Source: a bacterium
GTDB lineage: Bacteria > UBA8248
Length of the DNA: 64,000 nucleotides
Assembly: GCA_965261085.1 (NCBI GenBank)
Contig: OZ253442.1
Location: 672,001-736,000, forward strand
Direction of reading: 5' to 3'
Below, in pieces: positions 1 to 10,818 of the stretch. A program made the translations under genes and the position numbers. The first letter of the stretch is position 1, and each line of letters opens with the position of its first letter. The notes beneath the pieces were generated by a model. That model saw only the letters and a program-made list of their open reading frames with translations, had not been told where the DNA came from and did not search any database.

Positions 1-672
1 GGCCGAGCGCTCACGATTCCCCATCATTCGGTGAGCGCTGTGATTGGCACGCGCTGGCGCTGGCACGATCCGAGATTTCAACGACTTGTCGAAATATATT
101 CCTGTTGGGGGAACTCCGAAGCCAATGGCTGTGAAAGGCCTTTGGTAAATCCGGCGCGTTATGAAGAGCAAAGCGTGCAGGATGCGCTTGAGAAAGGATA
201 CCGCTTGGGCATTATCGCCGGCTCGGATACGCATACTTCTCAGCCTGGGTTTTCGAATCGCTTACGGCTCAAAAATGCATGGAAAGGAGGACTGGCCTGT
301 GTATGGGCAGAAACCTTTGATCGAGAAGGTATATTCAGGGCCCTTTGGGAACGGCGTTGCTACGGCACGACGGGAGCCCGAATTATATTGGAGTTTTTCC
401 TGAACGACGCGCCTATGGGCTCAGAGATCAAATTGGATAAATACGCCGAGAGAAAACTTCAAGTTCGAGCTGAAACCTGCTCCCCGGTTGATAAGGTTGT
501 TATCATCAAGAATGCGAGAGAAATTCATATAGATAGGCCGGGGTGGGAGTCGGTCTCTTTTGAGTGGGTCGATTCAAGCGGAATGGAGCGAGAATCGGAT
601 TATTATTATGTCCGCCTGATACAAGACGATGGGGAAATCGCTTGGTCGAGTCCTATTTGGGTGGATGCCTAG
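1..672 (+). CDS. DUF3604/PHP-like metallohydrolase, 5'-partial
   Basis: Frame is open from base 1 (GRALTIPHHS...). Contains VEIYSCWG, GIIAGSDTH, RRCYGTTG and C-terminal YYYVRLIQDDGEIAWSSPIWV, typical of this family. Confidence 0.7.
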   Translation, partial: GRALTIPHHSVSAVIGTRWRWHDPRFQRLVEIYSCWGNSEANGCERPLVNPARYEEQSVQDALEKGYRLGIIAGSDTHTSQPGFSNRLRLKNAWKGGLACVWAETFDREGIFRALWERRCYGTTGARIILEFFLNDAPMGSEIKLDKYAERKLQVRAETCSPVDKVVIIKNAREIHIDRPGWESVSFEWVDSSGMERESDYYYVRLIQDDGEIAWSSPIWVDA

Positions 673-675
673 GGA

Positions 676-1861
676 GTGAGCGTGTCGCAAGAAACAGCGG
701 ATGCCGTCGTAATCGGTGGTGGTGTGATGGGATGCTCCATCGCCTATCAGTTGGCGAAACGAGGATTTGGAAAAATTATCCTATGTGAGCGTGATGGCAT
801 CGCGTCAGGTTCCACGGGCGGATCCTCGGCCCTTATTCGCATGCACTATTCCAATAAAAGCACCATTCAGATGGCCTGGCGGTCTCTGTTGGCGTTTGAG
901 GAATTCGAGGAGTTTTCAGAGGGTGGACAGGCAGGTTTCATGTAAATCGGATATTTGGTGCTGGCTAATGTTTTTCTTCGTGATGGCGTGAGAAAGAATG
1001 TGGAACTTGCGCAATCTCTCGGAGTAGAAACACGCTGGATTGGAAAAGAAGAAATTTCTCTACGCCCCATGGGCCAAGCTGGATGATGTCGTAGGCGCGG
1101 CTTACGAGCCCAGGAGCGGGTATGCGGATCCCCATGGGGTTACTTCCGGGTTCGCGGAAGGCGCTAAGAAACATGGTGCACAGATTCGACAAAATTGCCC
1201 CGTAATCGGGATGGATTTCGATGGTCCAGGGCAGGCTCGGGTAGAGACTTCACGGGATGTCATCGAGTGTCCAGTCGTTGTGAACGCCACGGGTGCTTGG
1301 GTGAACAAGGTGGCCGCTCTGAGCGGGCACCGATTTCCGGCGCAGGCCATCAGAGAGCAAGACACGGTTTTTGATGCCGTGGGAAGAAATGGTGAGAGTG
1401 TGGATATCGTCGTCTATGATGGACCAACGCGCCTATATTATCGCCCGGAAGGGCGAGATTTGCTCCTCATTGGTCGTGACAACATAGAGCCCGAGTATGT
1501 CGATCCGGATAATTTCAATAAAAAGGAAGACATGGATTTTGTGCTTGATGTTCTGGAGAGGATGCAAAAGCGTTGGCCGGATTTTGAAAATGCGAAACTT
1601 TTCCGGGGCTGGGGCTGTTTGTACTGCATTACGCCTGATTGGATGCCCATTCTGGATCGTCATCCCGAAATGTCAGGTTACTACATATGCACGGGCATGA
1701 GCGGCCATGGCTTCAAATTGGCGCCGGTCGTGGGTGAGATGATGGCAGAGTTGATTATGACGGGAAGTTGCGAGGAGCCAGACATAAGGGATTATCGCCT
1801 GGCGCGTTTTCATGAAGGGGATTTGATGCAAAGTGTTTTCGGAACAGGGTTTCAGGGCTGA
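676..1861 (+). pseudogene. FAD-dependent oxidoreductase (DAO/sarcosine oxidase beta-like), interrupted
   Basis: N-terminal GGGVMG dinucleotide-binding motif and C-terminal GMSGHGFKLAP. In-frame TAA at 943-945 and a frame change near 1060. Confidence 0.75.
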
Positions 1862-1864
1862 AAA

Positions 1865-2644
1865 CTAGTAATTGGGTCTGGGGTACACTTCAATATAAGG
1901 GAATATTTTTTCCATATTCTCTTTTAAGCCAAAAAAGATGGGCCCTTCAGCTTTTTCGCCATTCGCGAGTTTTTGCAGATTAAGAGTGCGGCCATCAGGA
2001 TGATATGCGCCTCCTCCCACTTCCTGTAATATGGCGAGGGGGCCTAAGATATCCCAGATTTGGGGCCTATCGACCAATGCGGCGATGACGCCTCCGGTAG
2101 CTGCATAAGCCACGTGTGCGGAAGCGCTTCCATAGGCGACGGATTTTCCTGGGAAATCCAGCTTGTAAAAACGTTTTCGAGACGAAGGACCGAGCATCAC
2201 GGTTTGGTTGGTTATTTCCATGTCCATCAAGTTTGGAAGTATTTTCCCGTTTCTGGTGGCCCCTTCCCCTTCGAGGGCAAGAAACATTTCATCCACGATG
2301 GGCATGTAGAATCCTCCGCCGATGGGCTTTCCGTTTTCCATGACACCGATGGATACGCCCCAGGTAGGAAGGCCATGCAGAAATGGGTTTGTTCCATCAA
2401 TGGGGTCAACCGCCCAGAGACGCGGGTGCTTTTGGGATCGTGTTTCTCCGCCTCCGAGTTCTTCTCCGATTACGTTGTCGTTTGGGAACGATATCTTTAG
2501 GCAGGATAGAATGAATTTTTCTACTTCAAAGTCAGCCTCGCTCACCAAGCTCCTGTCTGGTTTTTGAACGCCTTTTGCATTGTTTGTGAACGATAAAGCC
2601 AGTTTGCCCGCATCTTGAAGGGTTTTTTCTATGAATTTAATCAT
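1865..2644 (-). CDS. Inositol monophosphatase family protein
   Basis: GEE, WAVDPIDGTNPF and WD motifs. Confidence 0.9.
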   Translation of the reverse strand: MIKFIEKTLQDAGKLALSFTNNAKGVQKPDRSLVSEADFEVEKFILSCLKISFPNDNVIGEELGGGETRSQKHPRLWAVDPIDGTNPFLHGLPTWGVSIGVMENGKPIGGGFYMPIVDEMFLALEGEGATRNGKILPNLMDMEITNQTVMLGPSSRKRFYKLDFPGKSVAYGSASAHVAYAATGGVIAALVDRPQIWDILGPLAILQEVGGGAYHPDGRTLNLQKLANGEKAEGPIFFGLKENMEKIFPYIEVYPRPNY

Positions 2645-2791
2645 GGAAGCACCAAATATTCCCCTTGCATTGAGCGTGGATCCATCGCTTGGGGGTCAAC
2701 CTATCTTGTGGAGTGAAAACTTTCCAGCCCTCTGGAGAAATCTGCCCAATCTATAAACGCGGCACCCAATTTATTTTGATTAGGATAAGAT

Positions 2792-4204
2792 TTGCGCATG
2801 GCTCGCTCGCTAACGGAAACAAAAAGATATGATTACACCAAAGGCCCCATCGGGCGAGGTTTGGTGGTTCTGTCCCTGCCGATATTCTCGGAACTGATAT
2901 CTTGGAACGTAGATACCATCGTTGAAATTTACTGGGTAGGTCGGTTGGGAGCAGATGCGCTCGGAGCGATGTCGCTAGGATTCATGATCCCCATGATGGT
3001 GAGAGCGGTGGGCATGGGAATTCGCGTAGCTGGCCAAGCGCTGGTTGCGCAAAGGATTGGCGCAAATGACGAAGAGGGAGCCGCTCTTGTTGCTGGCCAG
3101 TGTATTTTGCTTCAAACGTTCTTTTTCATTCCCTTATGCGGCGCAGGATATGTTTTCTCGCCTTATTTAATAGGATGGATGACGTCTGATCCGAGGCTTT
3201 TGTATTTGTCGGCGATTTATCTCCGAGCCGGGTTTCTCATGCTTTTGTTTATTGACGGTATCTTCACCCTTGCAAATATATTCCGGGGCGCCGGTGAACC
3301 AAAGTATTCGCTTTTCGCGATGATTATGAATTCAGGCGTTACATTCATCGCGATGCCCGCTTTTATCTTTGGCTTCGGACTGATTCCCCCGTTGCACCTG
3401 GCCGGCGCGAATCTCGGTTTAGGGGTAGGCAGGCTGGCAGGGTGCGTCGTGATGTTAATCATTCTTTTCAAGGGGAATGCCAGAATACACTTAAAATGGC
3501 GTCATCTTGTTCCGCGCTCGTTGGAGATGAAGCGGATATTAGAATTAGGGTGGCCAGCTTGGGGGCAAATGTTTTTTGAGAGAGGCGCCAATTTGGTATT
3601 GGTCTGGATGCTAGCTCCTTTTGGCGCGCTGGCCCTTGCGGCGTGGGGTCTCGGCAGTCGTGTCAGCAACATGGGAAGAATGCCCGGGTTTTCTCTTCAA
3701 GGCGCAGTTCGGACAATGGTGGGCCAAAACATCGGCGCGAGAAAGCCAGAGCGCGCCATACGCAGCGCTTGGGTGACGGTGGGGGCGGTTGTTTCTATCA
3801 TGGTTGTTGTCATCATGGGTATTAGTGTTTGGAGCAAAGAAATCGTTACTTTTTTCGGTGCGAAAGGCGTTGCTTTGCCCCACGCAGTTATTTGTTTGCA
3901 AATCTTATGCGTAGGCCTTGGATTTGAGGCCACAAGACGTGTAATAGCGGGAATATTTGAAGGGGCATCATCTACTAGGCCTCCGATGATCGTTGAAGCA
4001 ATCGTTCGCTGGGTGGTGCAATTGCCAGGTGCCTATATTTTGGCGGTTTGGATGGGATTCCGGGAGTTGGGAATTTGGTGGGCGGTGGCGGCGAGTCAGA
4101 TCATCGGCGGCGTGGCGTTGTTCTTATGGTTTGCGATTGGCTGGCGGCGGCGAGTAGGAAATTTAGCCCCCAAAGGGCAAGCCATGAGCACTATTAAAGC
4201 TTGA
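2792..4204 (+). CDS. MATE family efflux transporter
   Basis: About 12 TM segments; LVAQRIGA and MVGQNIGA repeat motifs of MATE. Confidence 0.9.
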   Translation: MRMARSLTETKRYDYTKGPIGRGLVVLSLPIFSELISWNVDTIVEIYWVGRLGADALGAMSLGFMIPMMVRAVGMGIRVAGQALVAQRIGANDEEGAALVAGQCILLQTFFFIPLCGAGYVFSPYLIGWMTSDPRLLYLSAIYLRAGFLMLLFIDGIFTLANIFRGAGEPKYSLFAMIMNSGVTFIAMPAFIFGFGLIPPLHLAGANLGLGVGRLAGCVVMLIILFKGNARIHLKWRHLVPRSLEMKRILELGWPAWGQMFFERGANLVLVWMLAPFGALALAAWGLGSRVSNMGRMPGFSLQGAVRTMVGQNIGARKPERAIRSAWVTVGAVVSIMVVVIMGISVWSKEIVTFFGAKGVALPHAVICLQILCVGLGFEATRRVIAGIFEGASSTRPPMIVEAIVRWVVQLPGAYILAVWMGFRELGIWWAVAASQIIGGVALFLWFAIGWRRRVGNLAPKGQAMSTIKA

Positions 4205-4216
4205 GTTCCATTCCTT

Positions 4217-5593
4217 ATGGCATCCGTGAAGCGCTATGACTATACAAAGGGCTCCATTGGCTTTGGGCTATTTCGCCTGGCCGTTCCCTCATGTCTGGAA
4301 CCGATAGCCTGGAACGCCGACACGCTGGTCGAAATCTTTTGGGTGGGGCGTTTGGGGACAGAATATCTGGCTGCGGTGTCTTTGAGCTTTATGATCATCT
4401 TCTTTTTTCGTGCAGTTGGCTTCGGCATCAGAATTGCGGGCAGCGCTTTGGTGGCTCAGAGGATCGGAGCAAAAGAGCCTGAACACGCAAGCCATGTGGC
4501 GGGTCAGGCCTTTTTGCTTGCGGGCATCTATTACGTCGCCATCAGCATTCTAGGATATATGTTGTCATCGCATTTGCTTGGTCTTTTAACTTCTGACGCT
4601 AATGTGATGCGAGTTGGTGTTGGGTATTTACAGGCATCGTTTCTCACAATAGCGTTTGTAGATGGCATTTTTACGGTCTCACATCAGTTGAAAGCGGCCG
4701 GCGAACCAGGGAAATCTTTGATTGGCCTCGGAGTTTCAACGCTTATGTCCATCACGTTCATTCCTCTCCTTATTTTTGGTCTGGGCCCATTCACGGGATT
4801 AGGACTTCCGGGTTCTGCCTTTGGAATTGGATTGGGTCGTATCATAGGAATTATTGTCGTCCTATGGATTTTGACATCAGGACGTTCTCGCCTCCGTATC
4901 AGGTGGATTCATCTCAAGCCCCATGCGCAAACCTTGCGTCGTATCATTCTTTTGGGCTGGCCCGCAGCGGCGCAAAACTTGCTTGAGCGCGGCGCCCTTC
5001 TCATCTTGCTGAAGATTTTGGCGTTGTTTGGGCCGTTGGTGTTAGCCGCATGGTCGATTGGGAATCGGCTCGGGACGTTTTCGCGATTGCCCGGTTTTGG
5101 GATTCAGTCTGCCGTCCGGACGATGGTGGGTCAAAACATAGGCGCTAACCGGCCGGATCGGGCGCTAAAAAGTGTCTATCTCTCTATAGCTGGTTTGTTT
5201 TTTATGATGTGTGGCGTGACGTTTCTTTTGTACTTTTATGCAAGAGAAATTGTCTTGATCTTCGGCATGAGAAACGAGGGAATCGATGTTGGTGTCACTT
5301 GTGTCCGCATACTCACCATCGGCACTCTGTTTGAAGCTATCCGGCGAATGTTGGCGGGTGCTTTTCAAGGGGCGGCGAACACAAAGCCGCCTATGGTTGT
5401 GGAAGCCTTTATTCGATGGGGTTTTCAGATACCTCTCGCATATTTTGCCGCTTTGCCGTTGGGATTCGAAGCCGCTGGTGTATGGGGCGCGATGACGATA
5501 AGCCATTTTATGGGAAGTGTGTGCCTTTTGGTTTGGTTTTTAGTTTGGTGCCACAAAAGAGGGATAGGCTCACATGCGGAAACAAGATTTTAA
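4217..5593 (+). CDS. MATE family efflux transporter (tandem paralog)
   Basis: Same motifs; shares KRYDYTKG N-terminus with the upstream gene. Confidence 0.9.
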   Translation: MASVKRYDYTKGSIGFGLFRLAVPSCLEPIAWNADTLVEIFWVGRLGTEYLAAVSLSFMIIFFFRAVGFGIRIAGSALVAQRIGAKEPEHASHVAGQAFLLAGIYYVAISILGYMLSSHLLGLLTSDANVMRVGVGYLQASFLTIAFVDGIFTVSHQLKAAGEPGKSLIGLGVSTLMSITFIPLLIFGLGPFTGLGLPGSAFGIGLGRIIGIIVVLWILTSGRSRLRIRWIHLKPHAQTLRRIILLGWPAAAQNLLERGALLILLKILALFGPLVLAAWSIGNRLGTFSRLPGFGIQSAVRTMVGQNIGANRPDRALKSVYLSIAGLFFMMCGVTFLLYFYAREIVLIFGMRNEGIDVGVTCVRILTIGTLFEAIRRMLAGAFQGAANTKPPMVVEAFIRWGFQIPLAYFAALPLGFEAAGVWGAMTISHFMGSVCLLVWFLVWCHKRGIGSHAETRF

Positions 5594-5870
5594 TGACAAA
5601 CAGAGAGGGTTTTTGCGTGGGATGCTGGGTTCAACGACAACCGAGTGTGGATACGTCGACGGAATAGGAAGAGTCACAGAGCATCACAAATCAGCCGTTC
5701 ATGATTCAGTCGCTCCCTTGTGTATTGGGTGTCGCTACTTTTAGCGGTCGCGGCGAGTCATTCTCGCAAGGGTTGAAAATCAATAGTATATATAGTGAGA
5801 CCGCTTGATATAGGGCTTATTATTCACCTTAAAGCTGACTGTCAAAAAACATGATGAAGGCGAGAGACTC

Positions 5871-8240
5871 ATGAGCCGCAAAATAGGTAGTCTTTATTTC
5901 GTTTTGGTGATTTCACTTTTTTTCTCCTCTGTAGCATATGCGGCGGATATTGCTTCAAGTGAAACGACAGAAACAACAGATTGGACGATCGTTTTGCGAG
6001 ATGCGACCCGGTATCTTCAAAGTGAAGGAAAAACCCCAAGCCTTACTCGGGGATATTTGTTTTTGGTACGGAAAATCCGTTCACGCGCTGATGACGTCAA
6101 AACAAGATTCCAAAAAGAACTCCAGCAGTTTGTGAAATTACTCGAGGCCATCGGCCCTCCCCCCGCAAAGGACAGCCCGCCCGAAGCGAGAGAGATAGCC
6201 GACAAAAGAGAGCAATATAATCGTCAAATCACGGTTGCGCGCGCGCGCATCGTCGAGGCCGAACTGGCCATTGTCCAGGCTGCGCAGTTGGAAGAATCCC
6301 TCTCCCGACATAAGTTCGAGCAGCTTTTGAGAGAGATGTACCGTCGTACACCGATACCCGTCTCACCCGGCGTGCTCACAAAGGGCGTTCCGGAAATTGC
6401 GGCTGAAGTTCGAAGTATTCTCCGTTCTCCATGGGATTGGTTCGCAAAACTGCCTCCAGATATTGGTGGTAGTGCAGTCTTGTTGCCGGGAATAGTGGTT
6501 TTGATTCTAGGCGCAGTTTTTGGATGGGGAATTAGGCGGAGCGCTTTGAGTATGCTCGGCCGCGACCTCGGGATGTTGGAGCCCTCATATGCGCGTCGGT
6601 TTGGCGCCGCCATCATAGAAGGAGTTGGCAACAGCATTTTCCCAGGAACTGTTTTAGCGGGCCTTTATATATGGGTGACCCGACCGGGCGCTTTGGTGAG
6701 TGGTCTGTTTGGAGAAGCACTCACGTCTTTTCTTTTTTCCATGTTGCTCTTTTGTTTGGTTGTTTCGTTTGCGAAGTCTTTTCTCTCCCCCGATCAACCG
6801 GCTTGGCGGTTCACGGGCCAATCTTCAGAAAATGCGCAAAGCGCTTATCGTTTGATTTTCACGTTGGCGGTTGTTTTTTTGGTCGACATGTTCTTCTCAA
6901 ACCTCGGGGGAGAGGGGGCGAGATCCGCCGGGGCGATGGCGATTTACGCCGCGGTGTTCGGAGCCTTGGAAGGTTGGTTCTTCGTCAAACTTGCGCGGGG
7001 GAAACTCTGGCGAGCCGAAGCGGATCAGGAAGGTGAGATCGCACGGGAGGGACAGACGTGGCGATTGATGCGTCGCACCGCGAGAGTGCTTGCAATTATT
7101 AGTGTTGCAGCGTTGTTTGTCGGATATGGCGTTTTCGGCAAGTGGCTTCTCACCAACCTTATTTTGACGGCCCTTCTGTTATCGGTAATGGTTTTGTTGC
7201 GTGGTTTGATGCACGAACTGGTATCCTGGTCGACTAAATCCGAGTCTATACAAGACAAACTCCACATTCCTTCCCGCGTGATCGAGAGGTATCGTTCTTG
7301 GGGGCGAGTCATTGTCGATCCGGTCATTTTTATTTTCGGCGTCATTGTTATCGTGCCCATTTGGGGAGTGCCGCCTGATGATCTGATTCGCTCGACCTTC
7401 CAGGTGTTGTCCGGATTCCAAGTGGGCAGCATTCGCATATCTATAATCGATATTTTCTTGGCTATTGCCGTCTTCTTCTTCACCATGGCCGGAGCAAGGT
7501 TCTTGCAAAGGCAGTTGTCAGAGCGTTTTCTGGAGAAAACGAATCTGCCTTCCGGTATAAGCCACTCTCTAAACGCGGGATTCGGTTATGCGGGTGTAAT
7601 CGTTGCGGCCCTATTAAGTATTTCAGTAACGGGAATCGATCTCTCGAACCTCGCGCTGGTTGCCAGTGCCCTCTCGGTCGGGGTCGGTTTTGGGCTGCAA
7701 AATGTGGTGAATAACTTTGTTTCCGGGTTGATACTTTTGGTCGAAAGGCCTATCAAAGTCGGGGATTGGGTTCGTGTGGGAAATGATGAGGGAGTTGTGA
7801 AAAGAATACAGTTTCGCGCAACGGAGCTTGAAACCTGGCAACGGGCTTCGGTGATTATTCCGAACGCGGAGATTATTTCGACATCGGTCACCAACCTGAC
7901 GCATCGCGATCAGTATGGTCGCGTAGAAGTCGGGGTTGGTGTTGCATATGGCTCCAACGTGCAAAAAGTTCGAGAAATTTTATTGGATGTTGCCGATAAG
8001 AATGAGCAGGTGAGCGATTTTCCTGAACCCAATGTTATATTTCGTGATTTCGGTTCAAGTAGCCTGGATTTTGAACTGCGCTGTTTCACTCCGAATGTGA
8101 TGAGCCGATTGGGGGTCGCGAGTGATTTAAGATTTGAGATTGAGCGTCGGCTTCGCGAGGAGGGCATCGAGATACCCTTCCCGCAAAGAGTCGTTCATCT
8201 CATGAGTCCACAAAAAGACGATCAGGAAAAAGAATTGTAA
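5871..8240 (+). CDS. MscS/MscK-like mechanosensitive channel with DUF3772-like N-terminus
   Basis: Signal peptide, coiled region, many TMs; GVGFGLQNVVNNFVSGLILLVERPIKVGD and IEIPFPQR. Confidence 0.9.
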   Translation: MSRKIGSLYFVLVISLFFSSVAYAADIASSETTETTDWTIVLRDATRYLQSEGKTPSLTRGYLFLVRKIRSRADDVKTRFQKELQQFVKLLEAIGPPPAKDSPPEAREIADKREQYNRQITVARARIVEAELAIVQAAQLEESLSRHKFEQLLREMYRRTPIPVSPGVLTKGVPEIAAEVRSILRSPWDWFAKLPPDIGGSAVLLPGIVVLILGAVFGWGIRRSALSMLGRDLGMLEPSYARRFGAAIIEGVGNSIFPGTVLAGLYIWVTRPGALVSGLFGEALTSFLFSMLLFCLVVSFAKSFLSPDQPAWRFTGQSSENAQSAYRLIFTLAVVFLVDMFFSNLGGEGARSAGAMAIYAAVFGALEGWFFVKLARGKLWRAEADQEGEIAREGQTWRLMRRTARVLAIISVAALFVGYGVFGKWLLTNLILTALLLSVMVLLRGLMHELVSWSTKSESIQDKLHIPSRVIERYRSWGRVIVDPVIFIFGVIVIVPIWGVPPDDLIRSTFQVLSGFQVGSIRISIIDIFLAIAVFFFTMAGARFLQRQLSERFLEKTNLPSGISHSLNAGFGYAGVIVAALLSISVTGIDLSNLALVASALSVGVGFGLQNVVNNFVSGLILLVERPIKVGDWVRVGNDEGVVKRIQFRATELETWQRASVIIPNAEIISTSVTNLTHRDQYGRVEVGVGVAYGSNVQKVREILLDVADKNEQVSDFPEPNVIFRDFGSSSLDFELRCFTPNVMSRLGVASDLRFEIERRLREEGIEIPFPQRVVHLMSPQKDDQEKEL

Positions 8241-8242
8241 AA

Positions 8243-9259
8243 TTATTTGTATGTGTAAGGTTTGGGCTCTGGTTTTTGGCCAACCTTGTTTCTCATAATT
8301 CCCAGTGGGCCCATATCAATTTCCACGATATCCCCTGGTTGGATCCATCGGTCTATTTCCATGCCGCACCCCCCGGGAACAGTGCCTGACCCCATTAGAT
8401 CTCCCGTGAGGAGATTCTCATCCCTGGCGGTGTAGGCGATTATTTGCGCGAAAGTCCAATACATCTCTCCGGGCGTGGTTTCCACCCATGTTTCTCCATT
8501 GATCCTTGCGGCCATGGGAATATTTTTTGGATCACCGACCTCATCGGGTGTGGCTATCCAGGGACCCAAACTCCAGCACCAGTCCTTGCTCTTGTATGGT
8601 CCGGTTCCCATTGCCATTTCGCCTCCCTGTGCGTCCCGGGCGCTCCAGTCGTTTAATATCGCATAACCGAAGATGTGCTCATGTGCGTCTTCTTCTGAAA
8701 TATCCCGCCCCGGCATGCCGACCACACAGCAGAATTCGAGTTCAAAATCCATTTTTTCGGTGAAGCTGGGCCAGGGGACTTCCTCCTCAGGCCCGGCCAT
8801 GTGGGCGCAACTCGCCTTGAAGGCAAGTGGACGCTCGTACCAGGTTTGCGGGATTTCTAGGCCCATCACTTCAAATGTTTTTTTGAGATGGCGCTCGAAT
8901 CCGGCAAAACCACGAATGAGCGGAGGTTGTTTTATCGGCGCAAGGAGCCGGGCTTCGCTTGGCGCATATATAATTTGCTCCCCGCGAGGGCCGGTAGCGT
9001 CTTCATGCTCGAGTGCGTATTCGAGAGCTTCTTCAGCGGCTTCGATGCCGCCTTTACCCGATGCCGCAATGGCCAGCATGTCGGATGGAATGAGGGCGTC
9101 CGCCATGGCTTGGGGACGTGAGGAGCCACGCTGTTTGAATTCCGCAGCCGCCGCGAAATTGAGGTCGATGTATCGGGGGTCATCGCCTTCGGATACAACG
9201 GCGCCCAAACGCTCGAATGGGCCAACAGGTGTTCGCACTTCAAAGGTGCAAAATTTCAT
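8243..9259 (-). CDS. Fumarylacetoacetate hydrolase family protein
   Basis: DFELE, LNDWSARD, KSKD and GSGT motifs. Confidence 0.9.
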   Translation of the reverse strand: MKFCTFEVRTPVGPFERLGAVVSEGDDPRYIDLNFAAAAEFKQRGSSRPQAMADALIPSDMLAIAASGKGGIEAAEEALEYALEHEDATGPRGEQIIYAPSEARLLAPIKQPPLIRGFAGFERHLKKTFEVMGLEIPQTWYERPLAFKASCAHMAGPEEEVPWPSFTEKMDFELEFCCVVGMPGRDISEEDAHEHIFGYAILNDWSARDAQGGEMAMGTGPYKSKDWCWSLGPWIATPDEVGDPKNIPMAARINGETWVETTPGEMYWTFAQIIAYTARDENLLTGDLMGSGTVPGGCGMEIDRWIQPGDIVEIDMGPLGIMRNKVGQKPEPKPYTYK

Positions 9260-9313
9260 GGCGTCTCTCCGGGTTGGCTAATTGGATGGTGTCCATATCT
9301 GTATATTTCATGT

Positions 9314-9838
9314 TTATTTCAAATCGACTTTGTCCCGCTCGTCCGTTTCCGGGAAAGGGCCTTCCTTGATTTCGATGAGTTTTGAGTCATCTTCCAAGAA
9401 TTCAACTTCGTGTCCTTCGTACATCAATATGAGATCATCGCGATGCAAAATTGCATCGCCTAAATTTCCCCCTTCTTTGGTAAATACGCCGACTCGAACT
9501 TTGCCACGCTGGCACAAGAGAATCTGGTGCCGTGTGGTATTCGTAGTTCTCTCTTCCACCACGTGATAATGCGCTTTGGTAATGGCGCCTTTGGGTCTGT
9601 TCAAAACGATGATTTGTAGGGGCACTTCATTATCCGTCATATGCGCCTTTGTGTTGCGCTCGGCCTCAATATCTTGGCCAGCGTATGCGGTGCGGATGTG
9701 ATCTTTCGCCTCATCAGTATCCAGATAAGGAGGAAACTTGTCGTAATCGTTGAAATCTCCTTTGATGTGGATGGCGATGATGCGTCCGTCAGAAGCTTTG
9801 TAGTAGTCTACGTTTTTAGAATCGACTTCTAGAGACAT
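9314..9838 (-). CDS. Cupin-fold hypothetical protein
   Basis: AHYH ... GHEVEFLE ... EIKEGPF pattern of cupin-like proteins; co-oriented downstream of nadC. Confidence 0.6.
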   Translation of the reverse strand: MSLEVDSKNVDYYKASDGRIIAIHIKGDFNDYDKFPPYLDTDEAKDHIRTAYAGQDIEAERNTKAHMTDNEVPLQIIVLNRPKGAITKAHYHVVEERTTNTTRHQILLCQRGKVRVGVFTKEGGNLGDAILHRDDLILMYEGHEVEFLEDDSKLIEIKEGPFPETDERDKVDLK

Positions 9839-9915
9839 AATGTTCCTCGGAAGTGATTAAAGTCGGGGAAACAGCTTTTCACCATAAATCAGTTAAAAAC
9901 AAATCTTCGAGAAAA

Positions 9916-10800
9916 TCATAAATCTACTTTTGTGATTTTCATGTGAAAGTCAAGTGGAGGGGCGGAGCGAACGAGCGAACTGGTGGAAATATAGTCCACC
10001 CCCGTCTCTGCGATGCTCCTCATGCTGGCGTCACCGATACCGGAGGCCTCGAGCTCATAGGGTTTTTGTGTTTTCGAGGCGATACCAACCTTTCGGGTGC
10101 GGGAAACGGCTTTTTGGAGTGTTTCGATGTCCATATTATCGAGCAGAATCATGTGCACGTGTCCGTCTTCGATTACTTCTTCTAACTGCGTTAAGTTTTG
10201 TACTTCAATTTGAGTTTCCGTCATATATCGATTGCCGAATTGTCTGTCGATGGCGGCAGTGATGGAGCCGGCAGCTACAATGTCGTTATCCTTTATCATT
10301 TCACCGTCGAAAAAACCGAGGCGGTGATTTTGGCCACCACCTGCGCGTACTGCGTATTTTTCAAAATAACGCAAGCCTGGGCGGTTCTTTCTGGTATCGA
10401 TAATGCCCTTGAGAGTGTCGGGAAAATCTCCGAAGCGAGCCAATGTATGAGCCGTATGCGTGGCGATTTCAGAGATATGTGAAAGAAGATTGAGCGCGGT
10501 CCGCTCTGCCTTCAAAATGGTTTGGGTGTGGCCTGACACATATGCTAATAGTTCGCCTTTGGAAATCGTGGAGCCTTCATCTTTTTGCCAGTTGACTTCA
10601 GGTGGAATACTTTTCCCGAGAGCCAAAAGGTTTTGGGTTTCCTCCAATATATGGATGAAAAAGGGGGAACCTGCGAGAATGGCATCGCTTTTCGAGCGCA
10701 ACTCGGCCACGCACAAGGGTTCTTTTTCGGCGTCATACTGAAGAGGAGCACCTGCAAAGTCTTCTAGGAGCCATTCCCGAATTTTAGAACGGATGTCCAT
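9916..10800 (-). CDS. nadC: Nicotinate-nucleotide diphosphorylase (quinolinate phosphoribosyltransferase), divergent
   Basis: AERTALN, DTRK, NHRLG, IKDN, ILLDNM and EASG motifs; adjacent to nadA. Confidence 0.85.
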   Translation of the reverse strand: MDIRSKIREWLLEDFAGAPLQYDAEKEPLCVAELRSKSDAILAGSPFFIHILEETQNLLALGKSIPPEVNWQKDEGSTISKGELLAYVSGHTQTILKAERTALNLLSHISEIATHTAHTLARFGDFPDTLKGIIDTRKNRPGLRYFEKYAVRAGGGQNHRLGFFDGEMIKDNDIVAAGSITAAIDRQFGNRYMTETQIEVQNLTQLEEVIEDGHVHMILLDNMDIETLQKAVSRTRKVGIASKTQKPYELEASGIGDASMRSIAETGVDYISTSSLVRSAPPLDFHMKITKVDL

Positions 10801-10818
10801 ATCTAGTGGTATTTGGTG

